Numbered from the stretch's first letter, positions 1-13,399 are shown. The stretch is DNA of 64,000 bases from Eledone cirrhosa (GCA_964016885.1 OZ024748.1:26846001-26910000), one strand, 5' to 3'. Numbers and translations: made by a program. The notes: a model not told the origin generated them from the letters alone.

Positions 1-359
1 CTCTTTTTTTAAGTCAGAGGAGGGGGGGGGGGTATAAAGTCACAGCTGAAGATGGCCAGTCTATGTCAGCACTGAAACATGAATCTGCAGGTTGGCAGAG
101 ATGGCCAGTCCATGTCAGCACTAAATACTGAATCTGCAAGTTGGCAGAGAATTTTTGAAAATGGTTTCTACAGTTGAATACCATGCCTAACATCATCCAC
201 TATACAGAATGTACTGGCAGTGTTTTATTATGGCACCAGCTCTAGATTGTGGTTGTGAAATCCTCAACATAACTAAAGAGTCCTCTCTACCCTACATTTT
301 CTCCATAATGCTATATATTTGTGTCACTATACCATTGACTGATAATTGTTTCTACTTTT

Positions 360-530
360 GGCACAAGGCCAGTAATGATCCCAGCGCATTACTGATGCTT
401 TATTTTATCGACCTTGTAAGGATGAAAGTCAAAGTTAACCTTGGCGGGATTTGAACTCTGACCGTAAAGGGCCGTAACTCTATGCCGCATAGCATGGCAT
501 CTGACCCTCTACCAAATCCACCGCCATTGG
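360..530 (-). mobile_element. Degenerate tRNA-derived SINE
   Basis: B-box-like gagttcaaatcccgccaagg on the minus strand; similar to the plus-strand copies at 2400-2750. Boundaries approximate. Confidence 0.55.
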
Positions 531-585
531 TTAATAATACAGTTTGGTTAGATAGCTTACTTTTTTTTGACAGATATCTATTTAA

Positions 586-792
586 CCCTCTAGAATTCAC
601 ATTACTCTAAATTTACTATTGTATTTTCACAGTAAAGGCTTTATCTCACATAATATCGAATCTACGTGATTTTGATATTATTCATTTTGAGAACAATACC
701 TTAACGTCAGTATGAGCAGCCGGTTACACCGGTTTGAACAGAAGGTGGTGAGAGAACTCTGGCCGGATATGGCCAGTTTAAATGCTAATGGG
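586..792. mobile_element. Small piggyBac-like MITE
   Basis: TTAA on both sides (582-585, 793-796) and imperfect terminal inverted repeats ccctctagaattc / aaatgctaatggg. Confidence 0.45.
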
Positions 793-889
793 TTAATGAT
801 GAAACAGCCCCTGATTATATAATGAAAAATCATTTGTTTGAAAGAGTTTGTTTAAATTTAAGCCCACCATAATAATTTTATGTTCACTC

Positions 890-1221
890 CATAAGGGTGG
901 TAGTGACAGGAAGGGCACCCTGCTCTAGAAACCATGCCTAAAATAGACATAGCCAGTATAGGCTGTAAAGTGGTTGGTGATAGAAAAAGGGCATCTAGCC
1001 ATAGAAAGCTTGCCAAGCAAAGTGTTGGGAGGACCCTTCAGCTGTATCAGAGACATGACAACCTCCCTGGTGTTGGTGCTATGATAGAATGCACGTGGAT
1101 ACAAACCCCCCTGCTTGTCTGAGAGGTCCGTGGCCCAGCTTCAGTACAAACTCAGTCAGTGAAGCCCTATCCAACCCTTGATAGCAGGGAAAGTGGATGT
1201 TAAATGGTGATGACGATGATG
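890..1221 (+). mobile_element. Decayed non-autonomous RTE-derived element
   Basis: Two copies of the ggaagggcat/cc motif, then an RTE-type tail (ccaaccc...gcagggaaagtggatgttaa) and (tga)n. Confidence 0.55.
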
Positions 1222-1957
1222 AACATTTGTTAAGTTATGTTCTAAACAGTAAATTAAAGTTGGTTTATATTATATTACTAAACCCCTTTCACATTTATTA
1301 TTTTAAAGATTAAGTGAAAAATCATTAGTAGTGAGTTTTAATAGAAATCTGGAAATGAAATTACTAATGTTACAGATGAGCCCAAACATCATATCATGGC
1401 TATCATGGTTTGGAGAGGGAGAGGACAAAACAACAGGTTGGGCTCTCTGACAATGTAAGGAGGTGGGATTAAGAAGTAAATGTTTATTTCTGGGATACAA
1501 ATATAGCATTTCATTGAGATATTGAATTTCAGATGCCCTATTTAAGTTTTATGGCATTCCTCCAAAGTTCTAACAATAAAAAAAATATATATATATATGG
1601 TCTGATCCAGATTTCCAGATGGATTTTAAGCAAAGAAGTTTACATAATATTATTTATATAACATCTGTATAGTTTAATTAAATACATATTAATTTTCTAC
1701 AATCAATAAATAAATCACGAAACATCTTTGCCTTGTAACATTGTTGGGAGAATATCCTAAGCGATGGAGAGGGTTGTATGCTGTTATGACCTGTCACATG
1801 ACGTAGCATGGGTAAGTGTGAATTGTGTAGTGAAAAATACAGGCTTAGTAATTTTCTTAGTGCAGTCAGAACAAGAAGTGCCAAAACTAGGCTTGTCAGC
1901 TTGCCATACTATGAATTGGAATAATTTTATTTGGAAGAATGGGGTACACATTGTAAG

Positions 1958-2145
1958 GCTACCAACACATGCTGAATACCCAGGTGCACATTGTAGTGCT
2001 AACATAGGGCACTAAATACACAAGTACACTCTGTAGGACTAACATAGGGCACTAAATACACAAGTACATTTTGTAGGGCTAGCTTAGGATGCTAATTTCC
2101 CAGGCGTGCGTTGTAGACCTAGTCTAGAGCACTAAATACTCAAAT
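1958..2145. repeat. ~38-bp degenerate minisatellite (related units at ~5140-5235)
   Basis: Recurring ctaacatagggcactaaatacacaagtaca units. Confidence 0.7.
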
Positions 2146-2399
2146 TGACATAAACTTAATGTTTAGGAAGTTAACCAATCTGGCTGGGTCACTAAATAGT
2201 GAAGGGCCAAGAATGCCAGAAGTCTCCACAGTCCCAGACTCAACCACAAACCTAAGAATAACCATACATCCACACCTTTTTAGCATGAGAGATTATGTTT
2301 CTAAAAAAAATAAATAATTTCAAATTTTGTTCCCCTTTCACTTGGAATATTTAACCAATCATAAGTATTTCTTTTGGGAATTTTTTTTAAAAATGTTTT

Positions 2400-2750
2400 G
2401 CGGTGGATTGGCAGTATCAGTAGAGGGTCGGACGCCATGCTTTGCAGCATAGAGTTACGGCCCTTTATGGTTTGAGTTCAAATCTCACCGAGGTCAACAA
2501 TTATTATTATTGTTGTTGTTGTTGTTATCATTATACAGGGTGGTGGATTGGCCGTATTGATAGAGCGTTGGACAATATGCTTTGCGGCAGAGTTACTACA
2601 GCTCTTTACATTCTGAGTTCAAATCCCGCCAATGTTAGCTTTGCCTTTCAACCTTTTGGGGTCAATAAAGCAGCAGTAACACACTGGAGTCAATTTAATT
2701 GACTTTCCCTTCCCCCAAAATTGTAGGCCTTGAACCATTATTATTATTAA
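2400..2750 (+). mobile_element. Two adjacent degenerate tRNA-derived SINE copies
   Basis: Twice ggtggattggc...gagttcaaatc (A/B-box-like); the second copy ends in (att)n. Confidence 0.6.
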
Positions 2751-3352
2751 GAGATCTGAAACAATTTCAACAGATTACCTATATGAGACACAGGATATAA
2801 TTAAAACTGTTTATAAATGAGGGTGGTTACACCAAGCTTAAGGGCTAGTGAAGCATGAATAGCCTAACACCACCACTACCACCATCCACAGGAACAATAC
2901 AGCCAACACCAACACTATTAACAACTTCATCAGGTGACCTACACCCCATTAACATCCCATCCACATCACTACCTCCAAGAACAATTACCAACACTATCAA
3001 CACAAGCACTATCATCACCACCACCACCAACAATAAGAACAACACTTGAATAGTTTTGCATAAAAATTATTATGATAACCAAGGATTTTCCAACAATATC
3101 CCATAATTGATTAGTAAAATTATGAATATAAAATTAAACAAAAATTACTCAAAAAAATGCATTAGCTTATTTATCACTGTTTCTTGCAGAACCCCTAACA
3201 ATCTCGTATGGAATCCTTAGGTTCCGGGGAACTGGTTCAGAACTGCTACACTAGAGTAACAAGGCTCACTACTTAACCATACTAAATGAATATTTAAATT
3301 CTACTGGGTACTGAGTACTTATTCTCCAGTCCATCAATAACACACGGATATT

Positions 3353-3469
<117 letters not shown>

Positions 3470-4019
3470 ACACATACATGAACCCACTGTATTTTAGAAA
3501 TATAGTCTACTTAAGGTAGAAACCAAATACCACCTGAGTGAAAACATGAATATTTCTCCATTTTTTTAAAGGGGGTACTACCACAGTTCACATGGGTACT
3601 TTAATGGACCCTCCCTCCTCTTACAGCTATAACAGCAGCCACAGGGGTATGGTTACCCATTCAACTGTAGAGGATGGATGCCCAGCATGCAAACTAGATT
3701 AATTGCCAAATACACACAGGCACACACACAGATGCAGATACTGCATTGATGTGAATATGAAGCTTGGAAGAATGAGAGATACACAAATTAATGAGCTACC
3801 TTCAATCTCCCCCACCCCACACACACACATGGTTGTAGACTGGGTAGGTGGTTGGGGTGGACCTACAAATTAGGACATACTGGCATAGCAAAGCTCTGTG
3901 AGTGTATGTATATATATAAAGAAAAACAATGAAGTTTCATTTACATGTAGTTAGTTTTTTATTGTGCATTGACCTGTTATGCACATTTCACAGAGGATTG
4001 GCTCAAGGTCACCCATAAA

Positions 4020-4247
4020 CTCCATTATCGATCTGCTCTTCAGACTGCTGAAACACTGTATATTTTGTTGAATCACCAATTTAAACAGCAGATTGATAAT
4101 GGAGTCGGATCCATAACTTCTATTTGAATAGAACTTTCAATATTAAGTTCTAGTCTGAATATTTATTTACCACGCTAAAAATTCTAATTTAGTCCAGAAA
4201 TACCCGTCGAAACGGCTTGAGCTCTGCCGTCGGGGGTCTAACATTTT

Positions 4248-4250
<3 letters not shown>
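4020..4250 (+). pseudogene. Penelope-like element 3' relic
   Basis: Frameshifted LQTAETLYILL/NLNSR resembles the GIY-YIG C-terminal E..YI...P.LN motif. It is followed by GAAA-cggc..gccg-TC (hammerhead 3' half) and a (TA)n run. Confidence 0.4.
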
Positions 4251-4307
<57 letters not shown>

Positions 4308-4400
4308 CAAAAGGGATATTCAATTTGTTGGTAATTCAACAAATATAAATGTTTATAACTGATTCAGAGCACTCGACAAGTTTTCTGGAGTATAATATTC

Positions 4401-4736
4401 AATGATATTAAATAAATGGAAACTATATTTATAAAAACATATTTATTCTATTATATATATTTCAGGGGTACCAAAAACTTTGGTATGCTTTCATCAGATA
4501 AAATACAAAGTGTGTTTTATAAATTTTGACATAGCCAAGGAACATACCTTAACGGTTGAAACTATCCAAGGAAAATTTCAACCGTTAAGGTATGTTCCTT
4601 GGCTATGTCAAAATTTATAAAACACACTTTGTATTTTATCTGATGAAAGCGTACCAAAGTTTTTGGTACCCTTGAAATATATATAAAAGAATAAATATGG
4701 TTTTATAAATATAGTTTCGATTTATTTAATATCATT
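4401..4736. repeat. Fold-back (~160-bp arms, ~14-bp loop) with a hammerhead motif in each arm; Penelope pLTR-type
   Basis: 4401-4561 is a near-perfect reverse complement of 4576-4736. Confidence 0.9.
4632..4692 (+). ncRNA. Minimal type I hammerhead ribozyme motif (mirror copy on minus strand at ~4445-4505)
   Basis: CTGATGA (4640-4646), stem II aag-c-gtacca/tggtac-c-ctt, GAAA (4674-4677), palindromic tatata stem III, UA cleavage dinucleotide, AU-rich stem I. Confidence 0.65.
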
Positions 4737-4979
4737 ATGTATATATATATATAATTTATATTTAATTACATAATAATAATAAACAACACAATATAATTAT
4801 TTCATTACCAAAGGTTTCAAGAAACTAGATGATTCTTGCAAGAAACATCCAGTTCGATATCTTTTTCAAAATTCATATCCAAAACATAATTATTCTTAAT
4901 AAATATATATATCTGTATGTGGTTGACAGTTGAGAGAAATGAGTACTCAATACCAAAGTAGAGTTTTAATATTCATTTT

Positions 4980-5106
4980 ATTATGACTAAATAGTGGGTC
5001 TTGTTCCTCTGGAGTTTCACCTGTTTATCTCAGGATGATCAGACAAGATGCCCCTGTGATAAACAGGTGAAACTCCAGAATATAAGATTCACTATTTAGC
5101 CATAAT
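4980..5106. repeat. Fold-back with degenerate hammerhead-like core
   Basis: Arms ~4980-5034 and ~5053-5106. Minus strand reads CTGATCA-tcctg-agataaa-cagg-t-GAAA-ctccagag. Confidence 0.6.
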
Positions 5107-5469
5107 GAATATGTACATATATTGTGTGTGTGTGTGTGATTAAGAATACCCAAGCACATGTAGGGCTAATCTAGGGTGCTAAATACCCAGACATGCATTT
5201 TAAACTAAACTAGGTCACTAAAAACCCAGGTGTAGACACTCCCTGTGATTGTTCATTGTAGCACACTGTATGATACATTTTTATTTGGTAGGACTTGTTA
5301 CATGGAACACAACAGATAGAGAGATTGTGAATGTGTGGATGTGTTGATGCTTAACATAGGGAAAAGGGTTTTCCCACATTCAACTATCAAGCTGGAACAC
5401 TTTTCACTTGCCAAATTCCATTGCTATATCAGCTGAATATGTTTGGTACTGAATCCAGCTGTTTCGCAG

Positions 5470-5516
<47 letters not shown>

Positions 5517-5599
5517 CATGGGGTGTCAGTGATAAACTAACAGATATTCTAATTTGTTTTTATATATGTATATGTATGTATATAATATATTCATGTAAA

Positions 5600-6340
5600 A
5601 CATGGGTACACAAGAGATGTAGTGGGATAATGGGTAGACTAACAGGAAATGAAAATTGTATATAAAAGATGCACAGGAAAGGGTATCAGTGATAGAAACC
5701 TCTTCAAGGAAGGGTCCATAGAAGTGGTTGATAGTTTCTGCTATCTAGGTGACTTAATTAGCAATGGAAGAAGGTGCTCTTAGAACAAAATAACTAGAAT
5801 AAGGATAGGATGGAAGAAGTTTAAGGAGCTACTCCCACTGTTGACAACAAAAGGTTTCTCCCTACATACAAAAGGACAACTGTATGATACCTGTGTGAAG
5901 TGCGATGCTGCATGGTAGTGAAACATGAGCAGTGACTGCAGAAGACATGCGTAGACTGGAAAGAAATGAAGCAGCCATGCTTCATTGGATATGCAATGTA
6001 AATGTGAGAGAAAGGCAGAGCTTGGATGAACTGAGGGAGAAACTACATTTAAGAGGGATCTGAGGCAGTGTGCAGGAGCGAAGATTGCATTAGTATGGAC
6101 ATGTGATGTGCATGGATGATGACTGATGGGTAAAGAAATGCCAGTGGAAGGAAGTCACAGTAGAGGTAGACCAAAAAAGATCTGGAGAGAAGTGGTGAGA
6201 GTTGACCTCAAATCGCTGAGACTCACACAGGAGATGATGAAGAAATACAGCAAGTAGAGAGATGCTCTGCTGAGAAGTACCTGCCTAACCCATGCAATGA
6301 AAAAGCTGTTGGAAACTAAACAAGAATAACCTATCATCAT
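5600..6340 (+). pseudogene. Degenerate RTE LINE 3' fragment
   Basis: [29 protein letters not shown] and LHGSETW-like motifs, with stops and frameshifts. Confidence 0.85.
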
Positions 6341-9020
6341 AAGCTGAAATCCAGATACAAATTGTTGTCGTTAAATGCTTGTAGTTTATGCAACAAAATA
6401 CATCTTTTTGATTCTCACATCAAAAGTACCAACCACGATTTCATTACAGTCACTGAAACATGAGCACATTCTTTACTCTGTGATAGTGTTTTTAGCATAG
6501 CTGACTACACTTCTTTTGCAAAGACTGCATTAATCATCATGGTTGTGGTGTGAGGGTCTATGTTCATTCAGACTTTTCAGCAATTCCTTGCAATGATTTG
6601 AACCAATCACAAAAAGTATTTTTCTGCTATATACATATGTCAACACTTTTACTTGGTGTTGTTTACCACCACCCCCAATTACCATCAGGACATATAGCTT
6701 TGTGATATCCTCAGTGCTGCTGCCAGGAAAACAGCCACTTATGTTTTTATTGCAGGGGACTTCAATTACTCTGAGATTGATTGGGAAACCTTTCATTGAC
6801 TGCAAAGTGCAAATGATTTCCTTGAGCTAGTGCTGGATTCAAACTGGTCCCAAGTAGTCACCTCCCTAACAAGAGGAGACAACACTTTGGATCTGCTCGT
6901 TACCATTTCTCCTGAAACGGTTATTAGTGTCACTACTGAGGAACCTTTAGGTGACTCTGATCATGCTATGATCATTGCCAGGGCAGGAACAAAAACTACA
7001 ACCATCGCCAAACTGCTCACTTTAACTGGAATAAAGCAAACTGGAACTCTTACTACACTGAGCTACAACGCCCAAACTGGCTTGAATTTTACAACTCTGG
7101 AGATGATGTGAACACTTATACTTCAGAACATCCTGAATACAAAACCATCCCAAAAGTGCAATTTGAGAGACTGCAGCAGTCCGACTTGCCAGGAAAGAAC
7201 GTTGTAATGCTGAACGGGAATACAAACTGCATAAATCAAAGGTAAATAGAAAAAAGCCCCATAGATCATCTAACCATCTCAAGCAGGTGACAAAAAAGGC
7301 AGTGCTTGAATTTTAACGGCATATAGCAACCAACCCTGACAACAAAGTGTTCTGGAAATATGTACATACAAAGCAGAGACCTCACTCTCCAGTTGGTCTT
7401 CTTCGCATTCCCCACACAGGCTGGATTACTGACGATCCAAAAGAATGCACAGGACTTATTGCTGAATGCTATGCAGGCATTTTGTCTGTTGAAAATCAAA
7501 ATGTACCATCTCCACCACCTCTGACATCAAATTCTATAGCAACTATGGAATTTATATCTGCAATGTTGTGACACCACCTTAAGAATAAATGCAACCATGC
7601 CTCTCTTGGTCTTGATGGTGTTATGTACCTGCTCCTCAAACATGGTGAGTACTTTCTTCTGCACCAGCTCTTCTTCAATTCTGCCTTAACAACGGTGTTA
7701 CTCCAGAGCAGTAGAAAACTGCCAGTGTCATTCCTCTGTTCAAAAAAGGTGATCACCTGTCAACTATCATCCAGTCAGTCGTACTAGCTGCATTGCTAAA
7801 CTGATGGAATCCTGTGTCAGAGAAATACTCTGGAACTTCTGGATCTTTTACAGCCTTATCCGGTCCTCTCAATTTGGATTTATCCCTAACTCTAACTGCT
7901 GTGATCAACTCATCAAGGTTCTTGAAAACATAACCCGGATCACTGATGGCAGCTCATGGGTGAATGTTGTTTATCTTGACTTTGCTAAAGCTTTTAATTG
8001 TGCCACACAAAAGACTTATGGCAAAACTCTCTGCAATGGGTGTGAGAGATGATCTTTATAACTGGTTGAAGTCCTTCATTCTCAGTCGAAAAGAGGTAGT
8101 CATGGTTCTAGGACAGCATTCTTCACCCTATGAGATGACATCTGGTGTACCACAGGCATCTGTTCTTGGTCCCCTTTTGTTTGTTGCATATATTAATGAC
8201 ATAGATACCAACTTAAAGAATGCCACAGTGTTGAAATATGCAGATGACACCAAGCTGTACCTTGAGATAAAAAGGACAGTTCCTGAACACTATAGATCTT
8301 TCCTGCAATCAGATCTGGACACAATGCAGCTATTGATTATGGACTGGCAACTCAAGCTGGCTGTGGGCAAGTGTACCACCATGCATTTTGGAAGGAAAAA
8401 CCCAACATCCACATACTCTCTCCACAACACCAATCTCAAGAAGTCTTTTTATGAATGTGAACTGAGCATTATTGTCAACAGCGATTTGCATTGGACAAAG
8501 CACATCCCTAAAATTGTTAAGAAGGCCAAGGGTGTCTAGGCATCACTCAATAAGACCTTTGTCAGCCACTCTCCAGCTATCTATTTAAAGCTGTATGTAG
8601 CTATGGTGCAGCCACACTTAGAATTTGCATCACCAGTCTGGAACTCTATCTTGCTCATAATATTGATCTCCTGGAAACTGTTCAGAAACATGCAACAAAG
8701 CGAATATCCTCCATCGGGCATCTGCCATACTCTGAATGCCTTGCTTCCCTGGGCAAGAAAGCATTAAAGCTCTGATGTGTGGCAACAACTGACTTGGTAG
8801 ACGCCCACAAGATCATTAACCATCTTTCCAACAACCCTGAACATCTTTTTGAATTCCATGTCTAACACCCATGGACATGCTTACAAAATCAGAAAACAGC
8901 ACAACTCTCATTACTTTCAAAAACATTTTTTTCATGCTCAGAGTTACTGAAGCATAGAACAAACTACCTGCATCAGTTGTTAGCTGTCGGGGCACTGCAC
9001 TTTACACAATAATTTTCATT
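6340..9020 (+). pseudogene. Degenerate CR1-group LINE (APE endonuclease + RT)
   Basis: GDFNYSEIDW, TRGDNTLDLL and LGDSDH (APE); QFGF, YLDFAKAF, SGVPQASVLGPLLF and YADDTKLY (RT). Many frameshifts. Confidence 0.88.
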
Positions 9021-9071
9021 ATATATGTACATACACATATGATCTCTATTCCCCACTCTCAATCTATATTA

Positions 9072-10571
9072 CGTGTTGTAATCTGGTGGGCTCTTAGAAA
9101 ACTAGGAGTAGATGAATGGCTTGTGAAAGCGGTACAAGCCATGTATAGGGGAGCAGTCAGCAAAGTTAGGATTAGCAATGAGTATAGCGAGGAATTTAGC
9201 GTACAGGTTGGGGTCCACCAGGGCTCTGTTCTTAGCCCTCTCCTGCTCATCATAGTCCTGCAGGCAATAATGGAGGAGTTTAAGACTGGATGCCCATGGG
9301 AACTCCTGTATGCTGATGACCTCGCACTCATAGCTGAATCTATGGTAGAACTAGAGAATAAATTCCAAACCTGGAAGCAGGGACTAGAAAGAAAGGGTCT
9401 CAAAGTCAACATGACAAAGACTAAGGTCCTTGTAAGTAGACGAGAAAACAGAACCCAGATCCCCTCAGGGAGATGGCCTTGCTCAGTATGTAGGAAAGGT
9501 GTAGGTAGGAACTCCATTCTCTGCCCCAAATGCAAACAATGGGTACACAAGAGATGTAGCGGGATCTCAGGAAGCTTAATTAAGAATGTAGGATTCACAT
9601 GCAGCAGCTGTGCTGAAACAGCAAGCAGCAAACAGCCACAGGAAACAAGTACCACCAATCTCTGGGAGGGCTCTGTACAAACAGTAGACAGCTTCTGCTA
9701 CCTAGGTGACCGAATTAGCAACGGAGGTGGGTGTTCAGAAAGTACAATAACTAGGGTAAGAACGGGATGAAAGAAGTTTAGGGAACTACTACCACTGCTA
9801 GCTGCAAAAGGCTTCTCCCTCAGAATGAAAGGCAGACTGTATGATGCGTGTATCCGAACAGCGATGTTGCATGGGAGTGAGACCTGGGCGCTGAAGGTGG
9901 AAGACTTACGTAGATTAGAGAGAAACGAAGCCTGCATGCTCCGATGGATGTGTAACAGTAATATACGTGAATGACAAAGCATAAAGGAATTGAGAGAGAG
10001 ACTGAGCATAAGAGGAATCAAATGCTGTGTGCAGGAGAGGCGGTTGCGCTGGTATGGACATGTGATGCGTATGAAGGATGACAGCTGCATAAAAAGGTGC
10101 AGAGCACTAGAAGTTGATGGAAACCGCGGAGTGGGGAGACCCAAGATGACCTGGGATGAGGTGATAAAAGCCGACCTTACCCAATTACACCTCCCAAAGA
10201 CAATGACACACGACCGTGACTTCTGGCGTCACGCAGTAATACAGAGTACCCGACCTCCCATGGGTACAAGCTGAAGCATATAGACAATATGCCCCACACA
10301 CCCCACCGCAAGGTGGTCGTGGAGGTGCCACGGCAAAAAAGCACCCAGCCCACACTGTAAAGTGGACGTGTAGGCGCCACGAAAAAGCACCCAGCACTCG
10401 CTGTAAATGAGGTTGGTGTTAGGAAGGGCATCTAGCTGTAGAAATCAAGCCAGATCAGTTCCTGTATGAGCAAGGCATGGTCAGCCGACCAGACACTGCC
10501 CACAACAGGACAACCCGTCTAACCCATGCTAGCGTGGAAGAATGGACGTAAAACGGTGATGATGATGATGA
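9072..10571 (+). mobile_element. RTE LINE family B, 5'-truncated, with internal stops
   Basis: [21 protein letters not shown]-type finger, RRLRWYGHV; 3'UTR, stem-loop and (gat)n tail into (TA)n. Confidence 0.93.
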
Positions 10572-10595
10572 TATATATATATATATATATATATA

Positions 10596-11474
10596 CAGGG
10601 TGCGGACGATATTTGTTCGCAATTTTCAACTGCTAATTTTATGAAAATTTTTTTAACTTCCGTTGTCTTCATAAAAACAGTGACTTTCCATTATTTATTT
10701 TCAGAATAATTGATTATGAATAATTTTGAACCTACAAATTTGTGGAAGAGACACGGAGTTCTTCTTGGAATCCGCGCCGGGAGGACAAATAAGACCAGAA
10801 GATCAACTCCCAGAACAACAGGTGGCTCGCTGTCTCATCCAAAGACGTGCCCAGAGTCATGCAGACAAAGTTTCCAGCGACAACATTTGTCTTAGGTGTC
10901 ATCAGCAGTTAAGGTGACGTCATGCCACCTCACTTCTTCCCTGAGGGCCTCAAGCTGAACACCGATGGTTCCATCCGCGTTCTGAGCGAGGCAGTAAAGC
11001 CCTGGATCGACCAGGTAGCTGCAGGTAGACCGTACGTGTGGCAGCAAGACTCAGCGCCCTACCATACCAGCCGAAAGACCCAAGCCTGGCTGTCAGAGAA
11101 CTTTGTCGACCACACTTCACCTGACATCTGGCCTCCCTGCTCGCCTGACTGCAACCGCCTCGACTTCTTTGTGTGGGGCGCAGAGGAATGAGACACCAAC
11201 AGATCTAGATGCAATACGAAAGACGATCTGAAGGCCAGGATCACAAGTGCCTTTCGGGGCCTAAGTCGGGGGAAAGTGACGAAGGCCTGTAGCTGGTTCC
11301 GAGGCCGCTTTGAGGCCGTCATCAAAGCCAATGGCGGGTTTATCGAGTGAGATCGCAAGAACAAGTCATGAAGACAAACTGACCCAAGTTTGATAAATAA
11401 ATCTTAAAAAATATAACTACTGTGTTATTTCTTCCTAGACAGTAATCTTGCGAACAAATATCCTCAGCACCCTA
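10596..11474 (+). mobile_element. Tc1/mariner DNA transposon, DD37D (maT) type, internally deleted
   Basis: TIRs cagggtgcggacgatatttgttcgcaa / ttgcgaacaaatatcctcagcaccct flanked by TA. QQDSAPYH...WPPCSPDCNRLD has 37 residues between the 2nd and 3rd catalytic D. Confidence 0.9.
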
Positions 11475-11537
11475 TATATATAATTGAGTAAAATGACAGG
11501 AGGCTGAACTGGTGAAATTCCTTAAAGATTTATTATA

Positions 11538-11597
11538 AACACTATGCACATTTCAATGACCAGGCTCTGCAAGAACCTGGTGACATCATCAGGTGTT
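11538..11597 (-). ncRNA. Minimal type I hammerhead ribozyme motif (pLTR relic)
   Basis: Minus strand: aacac-CTGATGA-[accagg...cctggt stem II]-GAAA-tgtgca-TA-gtgtt. Stem I is aacac/gtgtt. Confidence 0.7.
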
Positions 11598-11969
11598 ACA
11601 AAATTTATCTAATAAAGGAATGTAATAATGGTAGACACAATCCAAGGGTCTGAAAAGTAGAGATTATATCACAGTTGACTATACGGAATGACCAGTTCTA
11701 ACCAGTGGTGAACAAACCTAAATATATATATATATATATCATCATCATCATTATCATCATCATCGTTTAACATCTATCTAGCATGTGTTATATATATATA
11801 TGCACACACACACATGAAATGATCGTTCTATATTTCTCCACATACCTTTTTATCTCCATTATAACTACTCATTAGTTGAGAAATGTAAATGATATAGTTT
11901 GAGATTATATATATAATCTCACCCACATTCTTTATTATGGCTAATGTTATTAAACTCTATTTGTTTTCA

Positions 11970-12095
11970 CTGGCGGATCGTCTAACCGAGGTAACTGGTG
12001 ATGCTTGTGAGGCCGCTTGGCTGTTCCAGTGCATCAGCCTCGCCATCACCCGAGGTAACACTGTGAGCGTGCTGGCTTGCCTAAAAAATTATTAG
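11970..12095 (+). pseudogene. 3' end of a CRE-like (restriction-like endonuclease) non-LTR retrotransposon
   Basis: My translation LADRLTEVTGDACEAAWLFQCISLAITRGNTVSVLACLKNY* matches the FQR.S.A.QRGNA C-terminal motif of CRE-type elements. Confidence 0.6.
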
Positions 12096-12265
12096 AGGTT
12101 TCCCAGTGCTCCTCACAATATTGTTATCTTCTGCTCTGTTCACCTCTTTCTCCTGTCTTTTGTTGTATGTGGTCCTAGATGTGGGTATTACTCGCTTGTG
12201 TTTTTTTTTCTCTTTCTTTTTTCCTTTCCCTTTTCTTTCTTTTTTTTCTCTTTCTATTTGTAATA

Positions 12266-12532
12266 TGTTCAGAGTTGCTGAAGCATGGAACAAACTACCT
12301 GCATCGGTTGTTAGCTGTTGGGGCATTGCATCCTTCCAAACCTCCATGCTTCCCGAAATTTGCCAACACTACACCTGATATTCCCCCTCCATACAGATGC
12401 ACATATGTATCTGTGTGTACATCATGACTCATACACTGTTCACTTTCATGACATTTCTACATCATTCTATGTACTATACATGGACCATTGATTAGTTGTA
12501 GCGCTCCTGAGCATTGTACACAGTAATTTTCA
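12266..12532 (+). mobile_element. CR1 3' tail fragment
   Basis: cagagttgctgaagcatggaacaaactacctgcatc nearly matches 8939-8985 of the CR1 relic. Confidence 0.75.
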
Positions 12533-12952
12533 TTGGGGTCGATAAAATAAAGTACCAGTAATACACCGGGATAATTGCTGGCCTTGTGCCAAAAGTAGAC
12601 AAAATTATTACATATACACACAAACACATATACTCTCAGGTCTCGAATAATTGTTCCCCTCGCTCCTATTCCAACACCCCTCTCCCCATACTTATTAAAT
12701 TTTGCTAAAATTTTATTTTAAGTGGTAGCATTCCTGCGACAATCAATTTTCTTTATACATTAAAAAACATTATACATGACAAAAAAAAGTACATTACTGA
12801 AAATCCCATCTCTATATATATAAAATTCTTTGTCTCTCCGATTCAAACTGGTTTACACGCACAAATGTATGTGTATGCATGCATACACACACATGCGCGC
12901 GCGCACATACACACATACACATTTATATACAATCATCTATATTTATATATAA

Positions 12953-13345
12953 CTTGCTGAATGACCCGGCATTGCCCGGGTTACTGTTGTTCTTATTCAG
13001 ATTAGTAAACAATAAATATGAAGATATATTTCTTTTTCTCATAATTACTTCAAAATATTTATATTTCATAAAGAAATATCAAAGTTGTAATGATAATAGA
13101 ATTTAGAAATGAAAATCTGTCAATCTTGAAGCACCTCAGGGTAAACTTGTGAGCCACCAACATACAGTTGACCGTGGGAGAAACATGTAGTAGAGGGATC
13201 AAGTCCAACTACCTTGAGGGATTGACTCTGAGATTTGTTAATTGAAATAACAAAACTTAGTTTGACTGGAAACTGAAGCCTCTTAAATTTAAATGGAACA
13301 GCTGTAGGTATGAGAGGAATTTTTAGAATAAAGACATTTTTTTTC
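12953..13345 (-). pseudogene. Helitron 3' fragment (Pif1-type helicase C-terminus plus terminal hairpin)
   Basis: IPLIP...FKRLQFPVKLSFVISINKSQSQSL..VGLD....CFSHGQLYV are Helitron helicase motifs. The cccgggcaatgccggg hairpin is followed by CAAG-T (variant of CTAG). Confidence 0.85.
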
Positions 13346-13399
13346 AATATTGTAAGCAAATAAGTATCAACATCCCCCCAAAATATATATTAATCTCTG

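Noticed and set aside
2845-3049. Thr/Pro-rich ORF as a mucin-like exon
   Set aside because: Low-complexity (ACC/AAC)-derived sequence with no supporting splice or domain evidence.
9768-9975. In-frame TGA codons in family B as selenocysteine
   Set aside because: They align with Trp (TGG) and Arg (CGA, a CpG site) in sister copies, not with Cys.
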